This document shows positions 27,747-37,894 of a DNA stretch of 64,000 nucleotides, piece by piece. Origin of the DNA: an uncultured bacterium. Its GTDB lineage: Bacteria; Desulfobacterota_D; UBA1144; Nemesobacterales; UBA2774. Each line of letters starts with the position of its first letter. Within the stretch, counting starts at the first letter, position 1. Position numbers and translations under genes: made by a program. Below the pieces are notes generated by a model. That model searched no databases, was not told the origin of the DNA, and worked only from the letters and a program-made list of their open reading frames with translations. Where the stretch lies: the NCBI GenBank assembly GCA_963705505.1, contig CAVPJU010000006.1, forward strand, positions 384,001 through 448,000, given 5' to 3'.

Positions 27747-29435
27747 ATGGAAGAAGAGAAAGGTTTTGCGGAATTAGTGGATGAGAGCATGAATGTCCCC
27801 GACAAGGGGAAAGTCTTTAAGGGTCTGGTCGTTCGCATCGATCATGACGATGTGTTCATAGATTTCGGCTCCAAATCCGAAGGGGTCGCTCCTACACAGG
27901 AGTTCTATAACAAAAGCGGGGCGCTCGATGTAAATATCGGCGACGAAGTGGAGGTCATGCTCGACAGCTGGGTTAGCGAAGGTCTGCCGAGACTGTCGAA
28001 AATCAAGGCCGAGCAGATCAGGGAAAACAAGATAATCCAGGAGCACTTCGAAAAAGGTGAGCTCATAAAAGCCAAAATACTTCAGAAAGTAAAGGGCGGG
28101 CTCATTGCCGACATAGGGAATAAAATCGAGATCAGGGCGTTTATGCCCGGATCGCAGATAGATATAGGACCCAGACAGGATCTGGACAGCCTGATAGGCG
28201 AGACCATAGAAGCAAGGATCATCAAGCTGACAGGAAACGACATAGTCCTCTCCAGAAGGGTGTATCTGGAGGAGGAGCGGGAGGTTCTCAAGAAAGAAAC
28301 CCTGGCAAAGCTGGAAGAGGGAAAAGAGATTACGGGGAAGGTCGTCAACATTATCAACCAGGGCGTATTTGTCGACCTCGGCGGAATCGAAGGCTTTATT
28401 CCCGTAAGCGAGATTTCCTGGGGCAGAGTCTCTCACCCGGGCGATGTTATTTCCAGGGACCAGGAGATAAAAACCGTCGTCCTTAAGATCGACGAGGGAA
28501 ATAAGATAACGTTGAGTCATAAGGACACGACTCCCGACCCGTGGATCAACGTGAAGGAAAAATACAGGCCGGGAACCCAGATCAAAGGCAAGGCCGTATC
28601 ACTCACGGACTTCGGTGTTTTTGTCGAGCTTGAGCCCGGCGTCGACGGGCTCGTACATATTTCCGAGATAACATGGACGAAAAAATTCCGCCACCCGAAA
28701 GAAATCGTGAGTGCGGGCAGCATAGTGGAAGCGGTCGTGCTCGACGCTGACACCGCGAACAGGCGAATCTCTCTAAGTTTAAAACAGATAGAGCCGAGCC
28801 CGTGGGAGCTTTTCAAGGAAAAGAACCCGCCTAACTCGAGGATAAAAGGAGTAATCAAGAACGTTACGGACAAAGGAATTTTCGTCGAAGTCGACGAAAA
28901 CATAGTCGGACTCGTGAGACCAGACAATATAACCTGGAAAGGAAGGGTAAACCCCGAAGAATCCTTCGAAAAGGGAAGTGAAATCGAAGTCGTCGTCCTT
29001 AACGTCGACGAGAAGAACCAGAGGATAGGTCTCGGGTTAAAGCAGCTTGCCGCGGACCCGTGGGAGGACGCGCTGAAAAAATTTAAATCCGGGCAATCAT
29101 CGGTAACCGGGAAAATCAAGGATATAAACGACAGGGGAATCGTAGTCGAGCTCGAGCACGATATAGAAGGATATATAAAAGCGAACGAGCTCAGCCAGGA
29201 AAAGGAGCAGAGGGATGCTACCAAAAGCTTCAAGATCGGGGATGAAATAACGGCGCAGGTGACGGGATTCGACAAGCGGAAGCGGCAGGTGAACCTCAGC
29301 AAACGAAAATACGACTCATGGCTCGAGAAGGAGCACGTATCCAATTTCATGTCGTCACAGGGAGAGCCTTCCGTAAAACTGGGAGACGTGCTGAGGGAAA
29401 AGCTAAAACAGATAAATAACGACGAGGTAATCTGA
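27747..29435 (+). CDS. rpsA: 30S ribosomal protein S1
   Basis: Six S1 repeats (DFGVFVEL..GVDGLVHISE); follows cmk. Confidence 0.95.
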   Translation: MEEEKGFAELVDESMNVPDKGKVFKGLVVRIDHDDVFIDFGSKSEGVAPTQEFYNKSGALDVNIGDEVEVMLDSWVSEGLPRLSKIKAEQIRENKIIQEHFEKGELIKAKILQKVKGGLIADIGNKIEIRAFMPGSQIDIGPRQDLDSLIGETIEARIIKLTGNDIVLSRRVYLEEEREVLKKETLAKLEEGKEITGKVVNIINQGVFVDLGGIEGFIPVSEISWGRVSHPGDVISRDQEIKTVVLKIDEGNKITLSHKDTTPDPWINVKEKYRPGTQIKGKAVSLTDFGVFVELEPGVDGLVHISEITWTKKFRHPKEIVSAGSIVEAVVLDADTANRRISLSLKQIEPSPWELFKEKNPPNSRIKGVIKNVTDKGIFVEVDENIVGLVRPDNITWKGRVNPEESFEKGSEIEVVVLNVDEKNQRIGLGLKQLAADPWEDALKKFKSGQSSVTGKIKDINDRGIVVELEHDIEGYIKANELSQEKEQRDATKSFKIGDEITAQVTGFDKRKRQVNLSKRKYDSWLEKEHVSNFMSSQGEPSVKLGDVLREKLKQINNDEVI

Positions 29436-29437
29436 GG

Positions 29438-30319
29438 GTGCGGAATGTTTTAATCGTTGTCGCGGCGCTTTTTCTCCTCTTTTTTACATTCATAGCCGGA
29501 ATGGGGTGCGGTCTCCTTATGTCGGGCGAATACGGATTCCCGGCCGGCGATAAGGTCGCGGTGCTGAAAGTCGAAGATGTAATCCTCGACGACCAGGAAT
29601 ACCTTGAAAGCCTGTCCAAGATAAAAGAAGACAAACAGGTTAAGGCAGTCGTCGTAAGGATCGACTCCCCGGGAGGGGCTGTAGGTCCGTCTCAGGAAAT
29701 TTACAGCGAGCTCAGGAAGCTGAATAAGGATATGCCCGTTATAGCGAGCATCGGAAGCGTCGGCGCGTCGGGCGGCTACTATATCGCATGCGCCGCACGG
29801 AAGATCTTTGCAAACCCGGGAGCCATTACGGGAAGCATAGGCGTGGTCGCGGAGTTCGCAAGCTATGAGAAGCTCCTTGAGTGGGCGAAGGTGGACGTGG
29901 AAGTGATTAAAAGCGGTAAATATAAGGACGTAGGGTCCCCGTTCAGGGAAATGACCGACGAAGACCGGGAATATATGCAGGGGCTTATGAATAGCGTCTA
30001 CTCCCAGTTCAAGTCGGCGGTTGCCGAATCGAGGAACCTCGACATGGCGGAAGTGGATAAAATCGCCGACGGAAAGGTATTCACAGGTGAGCAGGCAAAG
30101 CAGCTGAAACTGATCGATGAAACAGGCACGATAAACGACGCAATCGATCTCGCGGCAAAAATGGCCGGGATAAAAGGACAGCCGAACATAGTCTATTACC
30201 CGAAAAAGAAATCCCAATTCCTCGAACTCCTTCAATCCAAACTGGACATACCCGGCATCACGAGCATGCCTTCCAAATACAGCTTTGGACTTTTCTATCT
30301 GGTTGATATAATTAATTGA
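29438..30319 (+). CDS. sppA: Signal peptide peptidase SppA (36K type)
   Basis: RIDSPGG, ASGGYYIA, ITGSIGV, KSGKYKD. Confidence 0.95.
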   Translation: MRNVLIVVAALFLLFFTFIAGMGCGLLMSGEYGFPAGDKVAVLKVEDVILDDQEYLESLSKIKEDKQVKAVVVRIDSPGGAVGPSQEIYSELRKLNKDMPVIASIGSVGASGGYYIACAARKIFANPGAITGSIGVVAEFASYEKLLEWAKVDVEVIKSGKYKDVGSPFREMTDEDREYMQGLMNSVYSQFKSAVAESRNLDMAEVDKIADGKVFTGEQAKQLKLIDETGTINDAIDLAAKMAGIKGQPNIVYYPKKKSQFLELLQSKLDIPGITSMPSKYSFGLFYLVDIIN

Positions 30320-30321
30320 CT

Positions 30322-30807
30322 ATGAAAGTGCTATGGGCGCCCTGGAGGATAAAATATATAGCCGGGGATAAGGAAGAGGGTTGTATATTTTGCAAAAAAC
30401 CCAAGGAAGGGAATGACAAAGAGAATCTCATACTATATAATGGTGAGACTAGCTACATTATAATGAACCGTTACCCCTATTCGAACGGGCACCTTATGAC
30501 TGTCCCACATAAACACACTAACAATTTTTCCGAATTGGATCAGGAAGAAAGACTCGAGCTGATGAACCTTACCGCGAAGTGCATCGATATATTACAGGCG
30601 ATCAAACCCGAGGGGTTCAATATCGGCATGAATCTCGGCAGGACCGGAGGGGCCGGGATAGACGACCATCTCCATTTCCACATCGTGCCGAGGTGGAACG
30701 GCGATAATAATTTTATGCCCGTGATCGGGGACGTCAGGGTCATGCCCGAATATCTCGAAGAAACCTACGAGACCCTGAGCAAGCAATTAAAATCGTTAGA
30801 GAGGTGA
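30322..30807 (+). CDS. HIT family protein (Ap4A phosphorylase/hydrolase-like)
   Basis: LWAPWR, CIFC, NRYPYSNGHL, HLHFHIVPRW. Confidence 0.92.
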   Translation: MKVLWAPWRIKYIAGDKEEGCIFCKKPKEGNDKENLILYNGETSYIIMNRYPYSNGHLMTVPHKHTNNFSELDQEERLELMNLTAKCIDILQAIKPEGFNIGMNLGRTGGAGIDDHLHFHIVPRWNGDNNFMPVIGDVRVMPEYLEETYETLSKQLKSLER

Positions 30808-30811
30808 AAAT

Positions 30812-31201
30812 ATGAGATATATAAAAGTCCTGTTCATAATTCTAATAATACTTTTTTTCGCCATACTATACACCCAGAACCTGGATATGTTTACCAGTGA
30901 ATTCACGCTCCAGCTCAATCTTAAATACTATGTCATAGGGCCTTACATAACAAAGAACGTAGTAATAATCCTTGCGGCGTTCGCGGTGGGAGCGGTAATT
31001 GCGGTTATATTCGGCGCACTCCAGTCAATAAGCGCAAGCTCTGACTCCAAAGAAAAATCGAGGCGCATCAGGGAGCTCGAAGCGAGGAATAAAGAGCTCC
31101 TGGACGAAAGACAAAGAGAGGAAAAACTGAAAAAGGGGGGGACATCTCCCTTTACTCCGCCTACCGTTATCGACGAAAGCAGCTCCGCTCAGGGCAAGTG
31201 A
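30812..31201 (+). CDS. LapA (LPS assembly protein A) domain membrane protein
   Basis: Two TM helices with TQN motif then coiled coil; typical position after rpsA/sppA. Confidence 0.6.
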   Translation: MRYIKVLFIILIILFFAILYTQNLDMFTSEFTLQLNLKYYVIGPYITKNVVIILAAFAVGAVIAVIFGALQSISASSDSKEKSRRIRELEARNKELLDERQREEKLKKGGTSPFTPPTVIDESSSAQGK

Positions 31202-31205
31202 CATT

Positions 31206-31235
31206 GGGGACTCGCTTTCGGAGCGGGCTCCTTTT
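31206..31235 (+). terminator. Putative intrinsic terminator
   Basis: GC hairpin GGGACTCGCT..AGCGGGCTCC followed by TTTT. Confidence 0.55.
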
Positions 31236-31264
31236 CACAGTTACGATCGATTACATTTATTAAT

Positions 31265-32194
31265 ATGAGAAACACGGGAAAACCAGGCTGGATAAAGGCT
31301 CAGCTGCCTAAGGGCCCGAATTACAGCCACCTGAAAAACCTGATGAAGACTCTCAACCTCCACACGGTCTGCGAGGAGGCCAGGTGTCCGAACATAGGGG
31401 AGTGCTGGGGCGCGGGGACGCTCACGTTCATGATCCTTGGAGACACCTGCACGAGGAGCTGCGGCTTCTGTCATGTGAAGACGGGAAGAGGCGGCGAGCT
31501 CGATTGGAATGAGCCACAAAGGGTGGCCGAAGCCGTAAAAGACCTCACAGAGAAGAATGCCTATTTAACGCACATTGTCATTACTTCGGTTAACAGGGAC
31601 GATAAGAACTACGAGAGCGCCCGCATATTCGCCGAGACCATAAGGAAAGTGAGGGAGGAGAACCCGTCCGTGAAAATCGAGGTGCTCATCCCGGACTTTA
31701 AAGGCGATACCAAAGCGCTTAAAGAAATTCTCGCGGCCCGGCCCGACGTCCTAAACCACAACATCGAAACCGTGCCGAGGCTGTACCGATTTCCACAGCT
31801 CACTCCGGCGGGCGGGAAAAGGTCTGTAAGGCCGCAGGCGAATTACGACTGGTCGCTCAAGGTGCTAGTCGAGAGCAAGGAATACGGACATGAAGGCATG
31901 CTCACGAAATCAGGCGTCATGGTCGGACTGGGCGAGGAAATGGACGAGCTTATCGAGACGCTCGCTGATTTAAAGAAAGCCGGGTGCGATATCGTGACGA
32001 TAGGCCAGTACCTCCAGCCCACGAACGAGCACCTGCCCGTGTCGAAGTTCTACCACCCGATGGAGTTCGAGTCACTTAAAACGTACGGCGAGAGCATCAT
32101 TGGAATCCCGCACGTCGAGGCGGGCCCACTCGTCAGAAGCTCTTACCACGCGGAAAAACAAGTCCTTAAAATGGCCGGCCATTCGCTCTCCTGA
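31265..32194 (+). CDS. lipA: Lipoyl synthase
   Basis: CEEARCPNIGEC, CTRSCGFC, NHNIETV, VRSSYHA. Confidence 0.97.
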   Translation: MRNTGKPGWIKAQLPKGPNYSHLKNLMKTLNLHTVCEEARCPNIGECWGAGTLTFMILGDTCTRSCGFCHVKTGRGGELDWNEPQRVAEAVKDLTEKNAYLTHIVITSVNRDDKNYESARIFAETIRKVREENPSVKIEVLIPDFKGDTKALKEILAARPDVLNHNIETVPRLYRFPQLTPAGGKRSVRPQANYDWSLKVLVESKEYGHEGMLTKSGVMVGLGEEMDELIETLADLKKAGCDIVTIGQYLQPTNEHLPVSKFYHPMEFESLKTYGESIIGIPHVEAGPLVRSSYHAEKQVLKMAGHSLS

Positions 32195-32309
32195 AAAATT
32201 AACTGCACGTACAGAAAATTTAAAACCTTTATCTGACAACTCATTTGGACAGTTTTCCGGGCCCGTTCGTTCTTGATAAATCGCCAAAAACATATAACAT
32301 CATATCCTC

Positions 32310-33521
32310 ATGAAATACGTGATATTACAGGGTGACGGGATGCCCGACCACCCTCTGCCGGAGCTGGGAGGGAAGACCCCTCTCGAAGCGGCGAATACCC
32401 CAAATCTCGACAGGATAGCCAAGTCTGCAATAAAATTCGGCATGGTAAAGACCATCCCCGACAACCTTCCGCCCGGAAGCGACGTCGGCAACCTCACTGT
32501 GCTCGGATATAACCCCAACCTCTATTACACGGGCAGGTCTCCGCTCGAGGCAGCGAGCATAGGCGTGCCGCTAAAGGAAGGAGACGTCACGCTCAGGTGC
32601 AACCTCGTTACCCTCTCTCCACTGAACGGCGGGATGATAATGGAGGACTACAGCTCGGGGCATATCACGACTGAAGAGGCGCGCCTGATAATACTCGACC
32701 TGAAAAAAGAACTGGACGAGAAAAACCTGACGTTTTTTCCCGGAGTGAGCTACAGGCATCTCCTCGTGTGGGCGGGCGGGAATAAGGACATACATACGAC
32801 CCCGCCGCACGACATATCGGGCAAGGAAATCGGGGCGTATATACCGACAGGAGAAGGGACAATAAAACTTAACGAATTGATGGAGCGGTCACAGAAGATA
32901 CTGAAAGACCACCCCGTGAACAAAAAGAGGATCGCCGAAGGGAAGAACCCCGCATCGAGCATATGGCTCTGGGGACAGGGCGTAGCGCCCGAAATGCCTT
33001 CCTTCAAAGAGCTCTACGGACTCACAGGCTCGGTCATATCCGCTGTTGATCTGGTCAAGGGGATAGGGCACTACGCAAAACTGAAAGTGATCGACGTGCC
33101 CGGGGCGACGGGATACCTGGATACGAATTACGAAGGCAAGGTCGACTATGCGCTCGATTCGTTAGATGAGGTCGATCTCACTATGATACACATAGAATCC
33201 ACGGACGAGACGGGACACGTCGGAAAGGCGGAGCTAAAGATCCAGGCGATAGAGGACTTCGACGGCCGCGTGGTGGGACGTGTGTTGGAAGGGATAAAGA
33301 GGTTCGGGGATTACAAGATACTCGTCATGTCGGACCATCCGACGCCTATAGATTTGAGGACGCACGTAAACGAGCCGGTGCCTTTCGCGATATACAGCTC
33401 GGAAGACGAAAGTATAAAAAATGACTCCTTCGTTTATACGGAAAAATCCGCGAATACGTCTGACGTATTTATACCCGAAGGCTGGAAACTGATGGGGATA
33501 CTGACCGGGAAAGAGATTTAA
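32310..33521 (+). CDS. apgM: Cofactor-independent phosphoglycerate mutase (archaeal-type ApgM)
   Basis: GDGMPD, PGSDVGN, YTGRSPLEA, DETGH, SDHPTP. Confidence 0.92.
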   Translation: MKYVILQGDGMPDHPLPELGGKTPLEAANTPNLDRIAKSAIKFGMVKTIPDNLPPGSDVGNLTVLGYNPNLYYTGRSPLEAASIGVPLKEGDVTLRCNLVTLSPLNGGMIMEDYSSGHITTEEARLIILDLKKELDEKNLTFFPGVSYRHLLVWAGGNKDIHTTPPHDISGKEIGAYIPTGEGTIKLNELMERSQKILKDHPVNKKRIAEGKNPASSIWLWGQGVAPEMPSFKELYGLTGSVISAVDLVKGIGHYAKLKVIDVPGATGYLDTNYEGKVDYALDSLDEVDLTMIHIESTDETGHVGKAELKIQAIEDFDGRVVGRVLEGIKRFGDYKILVMSDHPTPIDLRTHVNEPVPFAIYSSEDESIKNDSFVYTEKSANTSDVFIPEGWKLMGILTGKEI

Positions 33522-33529
33522 AAACATCT

Positions 33530-34555
33530 ATGAACACAAATACGAATACAAAACTGCGCTTTGGTTTGTGGTATGACTTTCGTAACCCTCCTCAGTGGAG
33601 ACGTCCCTACACGGACATCTACGGTGAGGTATTTGATCAGATTGTCTGGGCGGAGGAGAACGGCTTCGATGATGTATGGCTCCAGGAACATCACTTCCAC
33701 GAGGACGGTTTCTCTTCGTCCGTGTTACCGATCGCGGCGGCGATCGCGGCGCGGACCAGGACAATTCGCATAGGCACTGCTGTTATGCTTTTACCCCTTC
33801 ACAATCCTGTCCGTGTGGCGGAGGACGGTGCAACGATCGACATCATCTCCGAAGGCCGCTTCCAGCTCGGCGTAGGGAACGGTTACAAGGTCGAAGAGTT
33901 CGAGAGCTTCGGAATCCCCAGAAAAGAGCGCGGCGGGCGCTCCGATGAAGGGCTGGAAATCATACGTCGTCTGTGGGAAGGCGAAACACTCACCTTCAAA
34001 GGCAAATATTACGAGGTCAATAACGCAAAGCTCGCCCCAGAGCCTGTCCAGAAGCCCCGGCCGCCCCTGTGGGTCGGAGGATTCAGCCCCGCCGGGGTCA
34101 GGCGCGCCGCGAAGTACGGGGACGGGTTTCTGGGCACGGGCCCGCTTAAAGAACTCTACGACCACTACATCGCTGAATTACAGAACCTGGGCAAGCCGAC
34201 AACTAATCTACGGCTCGCCGGCGGGTATTTCTGGTTAATCGTGTCGAACGATCCTGAGAAGACCTGGCACGAGGCCGTGGACCATATACTTTATCAGCTG
34301 AACGGGTATGCAGAATGGTTTGAAAAGGCGGGGATGCCATTACTCCCCCATATACGTGATGCGGAACACCTCCGGGAGCTGGGCATTTTTAATGTGGTGG
34401 ATGTCGATACCTGCATCGAAATGATTCGCGCCTACGTGAAAGAGGTGCCGCTGACTCACTACTACTCCTTCACGGTTCCCCCGGGCCTACCGACGAGCTG
34501 GGTGCAGCCGCACCTGGAACTGTTCGCAAGTAAAGTGATACCGGCGTTTCGTTAG
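33530..34555 (+). CDS. LLM-class flavin-dependent oxidoreductase
   Basis: FGLWYDFRNP, WLQEHHF, LPLHNPVRVAED, PVQKPRPPLWVGG. Confidence 0.92.
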   Translation: MNTNTNTKLRFGLWYDFRNPPQWRRPYTDIYGEVFDQIVWAEENGFDDVWLQEHHFHEDGFSSSVLPIAAAIAARTRTIRIGTAVMLLPLHNPVRVAEDGATIDIISEGRFQLGVGNGYKVEEFESFGIPRKERGGRSDEGLEIIRRLWEGETLTFKGKYYEVNNAKLAPEPVQKPRPPLWVGGFSPAGVRRAAKYGDGFLGTGPLKELYDHYIAELQNLGKPTTNLRLAGGYFWLIVSNDPEKTWHEAVDHILYQLNGYAEWFEKAGMPLLPHIRDAEHLRELGIFNVVDVDTCIEMIRAYVKEVPLTHYYSFTVPPGLPTSWVQPHLELFASKVIPAFR

Positions 34556-34699
34556 CGCATACGGACTTTCCGGAAAAATATCCGAGCGGCTCGGTTTTCT
34601 CGAACTTTGGTTTAATAACTCTATCACTCTGAATAATGAACTCATTTGCTATCCGCGAAGCACATCCGGTCTTCACTTGGTCGGAACCGTTCTCGATGT

Positions 34700-34995
34700 G
34701 TGATTCAGAATGACAGATTATGGATTCCCGATTTCTCGGGAATGACAGAAAAATTAATGTACCCCCTCACCCTGACCCTCTCCCACTGCGGGGAGAGGGA
34801 ATTGAAAGAGAAAGGCAATAGACGAGATTGCCGCGCTTCATTTCCCTGCGCTCGCCAAGACGAGGGGAGGAAGGCGTCCTTCGATCCTTCCCGGCTACTC
34901 GTCCGGGCGAAGGCTCCGGCCGTAGCGCGACGGCTCGTGCCTTCGCCGAGACGAGCGATAAACTCAGGACAGGCTCCTGCTCAGGATGAACGGGC
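34700..34995. repeat. Mosaic of REP-like palindromic elements between convergent genes
   Basis: TGGATTCCCGATTTCTCGGGAATGACA (34721-34747); CCCTCACCCTGACCCTCTCCC..GGGGAGAGGG (34762-34801); GAGATTGC..CTCGC..GAC; nested CCTTCGA..CTCAGGATGAACGG. Confidence 0.8.
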
Positions 34996-35062
34996 GGCGG
35001 GTCGCCGCGGACATATGATATGACGGCAAGGCTGAGGAGTTTCAGTAGAATCGTAGAACACA

Positions 35063-35839
35063 CTATGCGTGTGTGTGCTCGCGCTTCACCTCTTCCCAGA
35101 GCTCGTCCATCTCCGCAAGCGACAGCTCCGATAACTCTTTGCCGCGGGCTTCCGCTTTATCCTCTATCCTCCCGAACCGCTCGATAAAGCCGTCGATCGC
35201 CTTATGAGCGGTGCCCTCGGCATCAATCTTCAAATGCCTCCCGAGGTTGACGAGAGAAAAAACGAGATCCCCCCATTCCTTCTCGATGCCGACGCCGTCG
35301 CCCTTTTTCATTTCCTCCTCCAGCTCAGACAGCTCCTCCTTCACCTTGGCGATGACCTCACTCGCATCGTTCCAATCAAAACCCACCTGTGAGGCTTTCT
35401 CTCCGACCCTCTGCGCCCGCAGCAGTGAGGGCATTGTGCGCGGGATATGCAGGAGCCGCCTCTTCCGGGACTTCTCCTTGAGCTTCTGCGTGTGCCATCT
35501 TTTCACGGCCTCCTCCGCATTGGCCGCCTTTTCCTCGCCGAACACGTGGGGGTGCCTCCTGACGAGCTTGTTGTGGAGCCTGTCTATGACATCGTCGATA
35601 CCGAACTCCCCGCTCTCCTCGGCGATCTGAGAGGCGAAAAGGACTTCATAGAAAAGGTCGCCGAGCTCTTCCAGAAGCTCCTCCCTGTCCCGGGACTCTA
35701 TCGCCTGGACGACCTCGTAAGCCTCCTCGATTATATAAGATTTCAGTGTGTCGAGCGTCTGCTCCCTGTCCCACGGGCAGCCCTCGGGGCTCCGCAGGTG
35801 CCTGGATAAATTTATCAGTTCCTGAAAAGACTTCTTCAT
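35063..35839 (-). CDS. mazG: Nucleoside triphosphate pyrophosphohydrolase MazG
   Basis: LRSPEGCPWDREQT, EEAYE, EELGDL, RRHPHVF, VGFDW; start at MKKSF after AAGGAG. Confidence 0.95.
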   Translation of the reverse strand: MKKSFQELINLSRHLRSPEGCPWDREQTLDTLKSYIIEEAYEVVQAIESRDREELLEELGDLFYEVLFASQIAEESGEFGIDDVIDRLHNKLVRRHPHVFGEEKAANAEEAVKRWHTQKLKEKSRKRRLLHIPRTMPSLLRAQRVGEKASQVGFDWNDASEVIAKVKEELSELEEEMKKGDGVGIEKEWGDLVFSLVNLGRHLKIDAEGTAHKAIDGFIERFGRIEDKAEARGKELSELSLAEMDELWEEVKREHTHA

Positions 35840-35961
35840 AACGTCTCCTTTTTCATACATACTTGAAAGTGAAATAATTAACGACGGGTGATAACACTAA
35901 AATTAAATGGATTGATATGCATATATAACGAGTATTATTTATCATAAATACAAAATTTCAC

Positions 35962-36552
35962 ATGACTAAAAGAACAGGCAACGCAAAAGGATCGATTTTA
36001 ATAAATACGAAAGAGTACATTATAACCTCGCACGGCGAGAGTGCGTGGATAGAGATTTTAAATAATCTACACGATTCGGATACAAGGGTTTTAGAAAGCG
36101 AAATAATAACAACAGAATGGTATCCCGCCCCTCTATTGAACCGTCTCCTGAACACATACGATATCCTGCATGGAAAAGGCGACTTTTTATCGGTCGTACC
36201 GATTGCGGAATATATTGCGAATCAGGACCTGGGTCCAATGCTCGAATCGTTGGTAAATTTAAAAAAACCGTCAATTATTCTGAAAAGCGCCCCGTCACTC
36301 TGGAACAGATATTTCGACAGCGGTCTCATGGAACTGGAGCTGCTGGATGCGGAAAAAAAATTCTCGACGCTCTATCTGGACGAAATTGCGGATGAAAACA
36401 TGGCTTCCGGCATTGCTGTCTGCAATTTCGCGGTGCCCGAATGGTTCAAAACAGGACTGACCATGTCCGGAGCAAGTTCGGCTGAAATCGTTCACACCGA
36501 GTGCCGTTATAAAACCCCGAAACCATGCAGGTTCGAGGTACGGTGGGAATAG
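35962..36552 (+). CDS. Hypothetical protein, HNOX/V4R-like fold suspected (resembles myxobacterial DUF2378-type proteins)
   Basis: KGS..., WYP, LWNRYFDSG, C-terminal HTECR....CRFEVRW. Confidence 0.55.
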   Translation: MTKRTGNAKGSILINTKEYIITSHGESAWIEILNNLHDSDTRVLESEIITTEWYPAPLLNRLLNTYDILHGKGDFLSVVPIAEYIANQDLGPMLESLVNLKKPSIILKSAPSLWNRYFDSGLMELELLDAEKKFSTLYLDEIADENMASGIAVCNFAVPEWFKTGLTMSGASSAEIVHTECRYKTPKPCRFEVRWE

Positions 36553-36580
36553 TTTTTATTTTATCGGCGAATGTGAGAAG

Positions 36581-37714
36581 CTACATTTCCGCTATCAGCC
36601 TTTTCGGATACCTGGTGAGATTAGTGCAGCCGTGCTTTTCGACGACCACAACGTCTTCTATCCTTACGCCGCCCGTTTTCTCGTAATAAAGCCCGGGCTC
36701 GACGGTTACGACATTGCCCGCCTCGAGAACCTCGTCTCCGAGGCCGATCCTGGGCGGCTCGTGAATCTCAAGCCCGAGGCCGTGTCCGGTCGAATGTATG
36801 AACCCCTGCATCTTTCCGTCGATCACACCCGTCCCGAACCCGCGGCTCTTAAAATATTCGACCACGGCAGAGTGGATGTCCCTGACTTTGACGCCGCCCT
36901 TTATCATGCTGATCGCAAGCTTCTGACCCCGCAGCACAGTGTCATACATTTTTTTCAACTCGGACGACGGCTCGCCGCGGACTACGGTCCTTGTCATATC
37001 GCCGAAGTATCCGTTTTTCTGCGACCTGGGGAATATGTCGATTACGACGGGTTTATCCGCAAAAATAGGCCCCTCCCCGCTGTGATGGGGCATGGAGGAA
37101 TGCACGCCCGAGGCGACTATGGTATGGGACGCCGTGAAGCCCATCCTGGAAAGCTCGGCGTTTATTTCCCCCTTAACCCTTTCCGAAGTCAGGAGACCGC
37201 CGTTCAGGTAAAGCCTGTTCCTGCGAATCTCGGAAGACGCTATCATTTTTATCGCAAGATCCATGGCTTTTACGGTTTTTTTCAAGGCATCGCTTATCAT
37301 TCCGATTTCGCGGGGCGTTTTCCTGAGTCTCTCTTCGAAAAACGGCTCTTCTTCTCTCAATGTAACGGTGTAACCCCTCTTCCGGAGCCCGTCGGCATAT
37401 TTTAAAGAGAACCGTCCCGGGACAATAACCTTTTTTATCTTCAGGTCCTTGAGGACCAGATCGGCAACGTCCAGAAGCTTTACCCTCTTCACCTTTTCCG
37501 CAATCAGTCTTTTCTGGTAATCCGTCAAAGAGAGCACCCTATCGACGGACGCCTCTTCCTTCCCCCTGTCTATCTCGAGGTCGCTTAAAACGAGTATCTT
37601 TTTCCCGTTATGCTCCAGATAGATAACGGGGTCGGGAACAAAAAAGCCGGTCTTGTAATAGAGATCGGCGTTATCTTCACTCGTATCGATAATCAGGTAT
37701 GTTTCTTTCTTCAT
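36581..37714 (-). CDS. Xaa-Pro peptidase (M24 family)
   Basis: GYFGDMTRT, HSTGHGLGLEIHE, TVEPGLY, GVRIED. Confidence 0.93.
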   Translation of the reverse strand: MKKETYLIIDTSEDNADLYYKTGFFVPDPVIYLEHNGKKILVLSDLEIDRGKEEASVDRVLSLTDYQKRLIAEKVKRVKLLDVADLVLKDLKIKKVIVPGRFSLKYADGLRKRGYTVTLREEEPFFEERLRKTPREIGMISDALKKTVKAMDLAIKMIASSEIRRNRLYLNGGLLTSERVKGEINAELSRMGFTASHTIVASGVHSSMPHHSGEGPIFADKPVVIDIFPRSQKNGYFGDMTRTVVRGEPSSELKKMYDTVLRGQKLAISMIKGGVKVRDIHSAVVEYFKSRGFGTGVIDGKMQGFIHSTGHGLGLEIHEPPRIGLGDEVLEAGNVVTVEPGLYYEKTGGVRIEDVVVVEKHGCTNLTRYPKRLIAEM

Positions 37715-37894
37715 TGAAAAAACACTATACCTTACGGCCTATCCATATCAAGGGAAAAGCGTTTAATCGCAAGCGCAGGGATACACATGAAAATTTTCCC
37801 GCGCCACTGGGGATATATTTTTATAATCCGCCGACTACGTGTTATAATTAAGGGCTATGGGACCGGGAATAAGCCAAAAAAAGAAGAGGGTATA

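Noticed and set aside
27774..30235. Long antisense ORFs over rpsA and sppA, and similar shadows over other genes
   Set aside because: Expected consequence of codon bias on the opposite strand of well-supported genes
34470..35063. ORFs 34470..34676, 34646..35023 and 34767..35063
   Set aside because: They lie over the palindromic repeat mosaic, lack clear RBS and show no protein-like motifs
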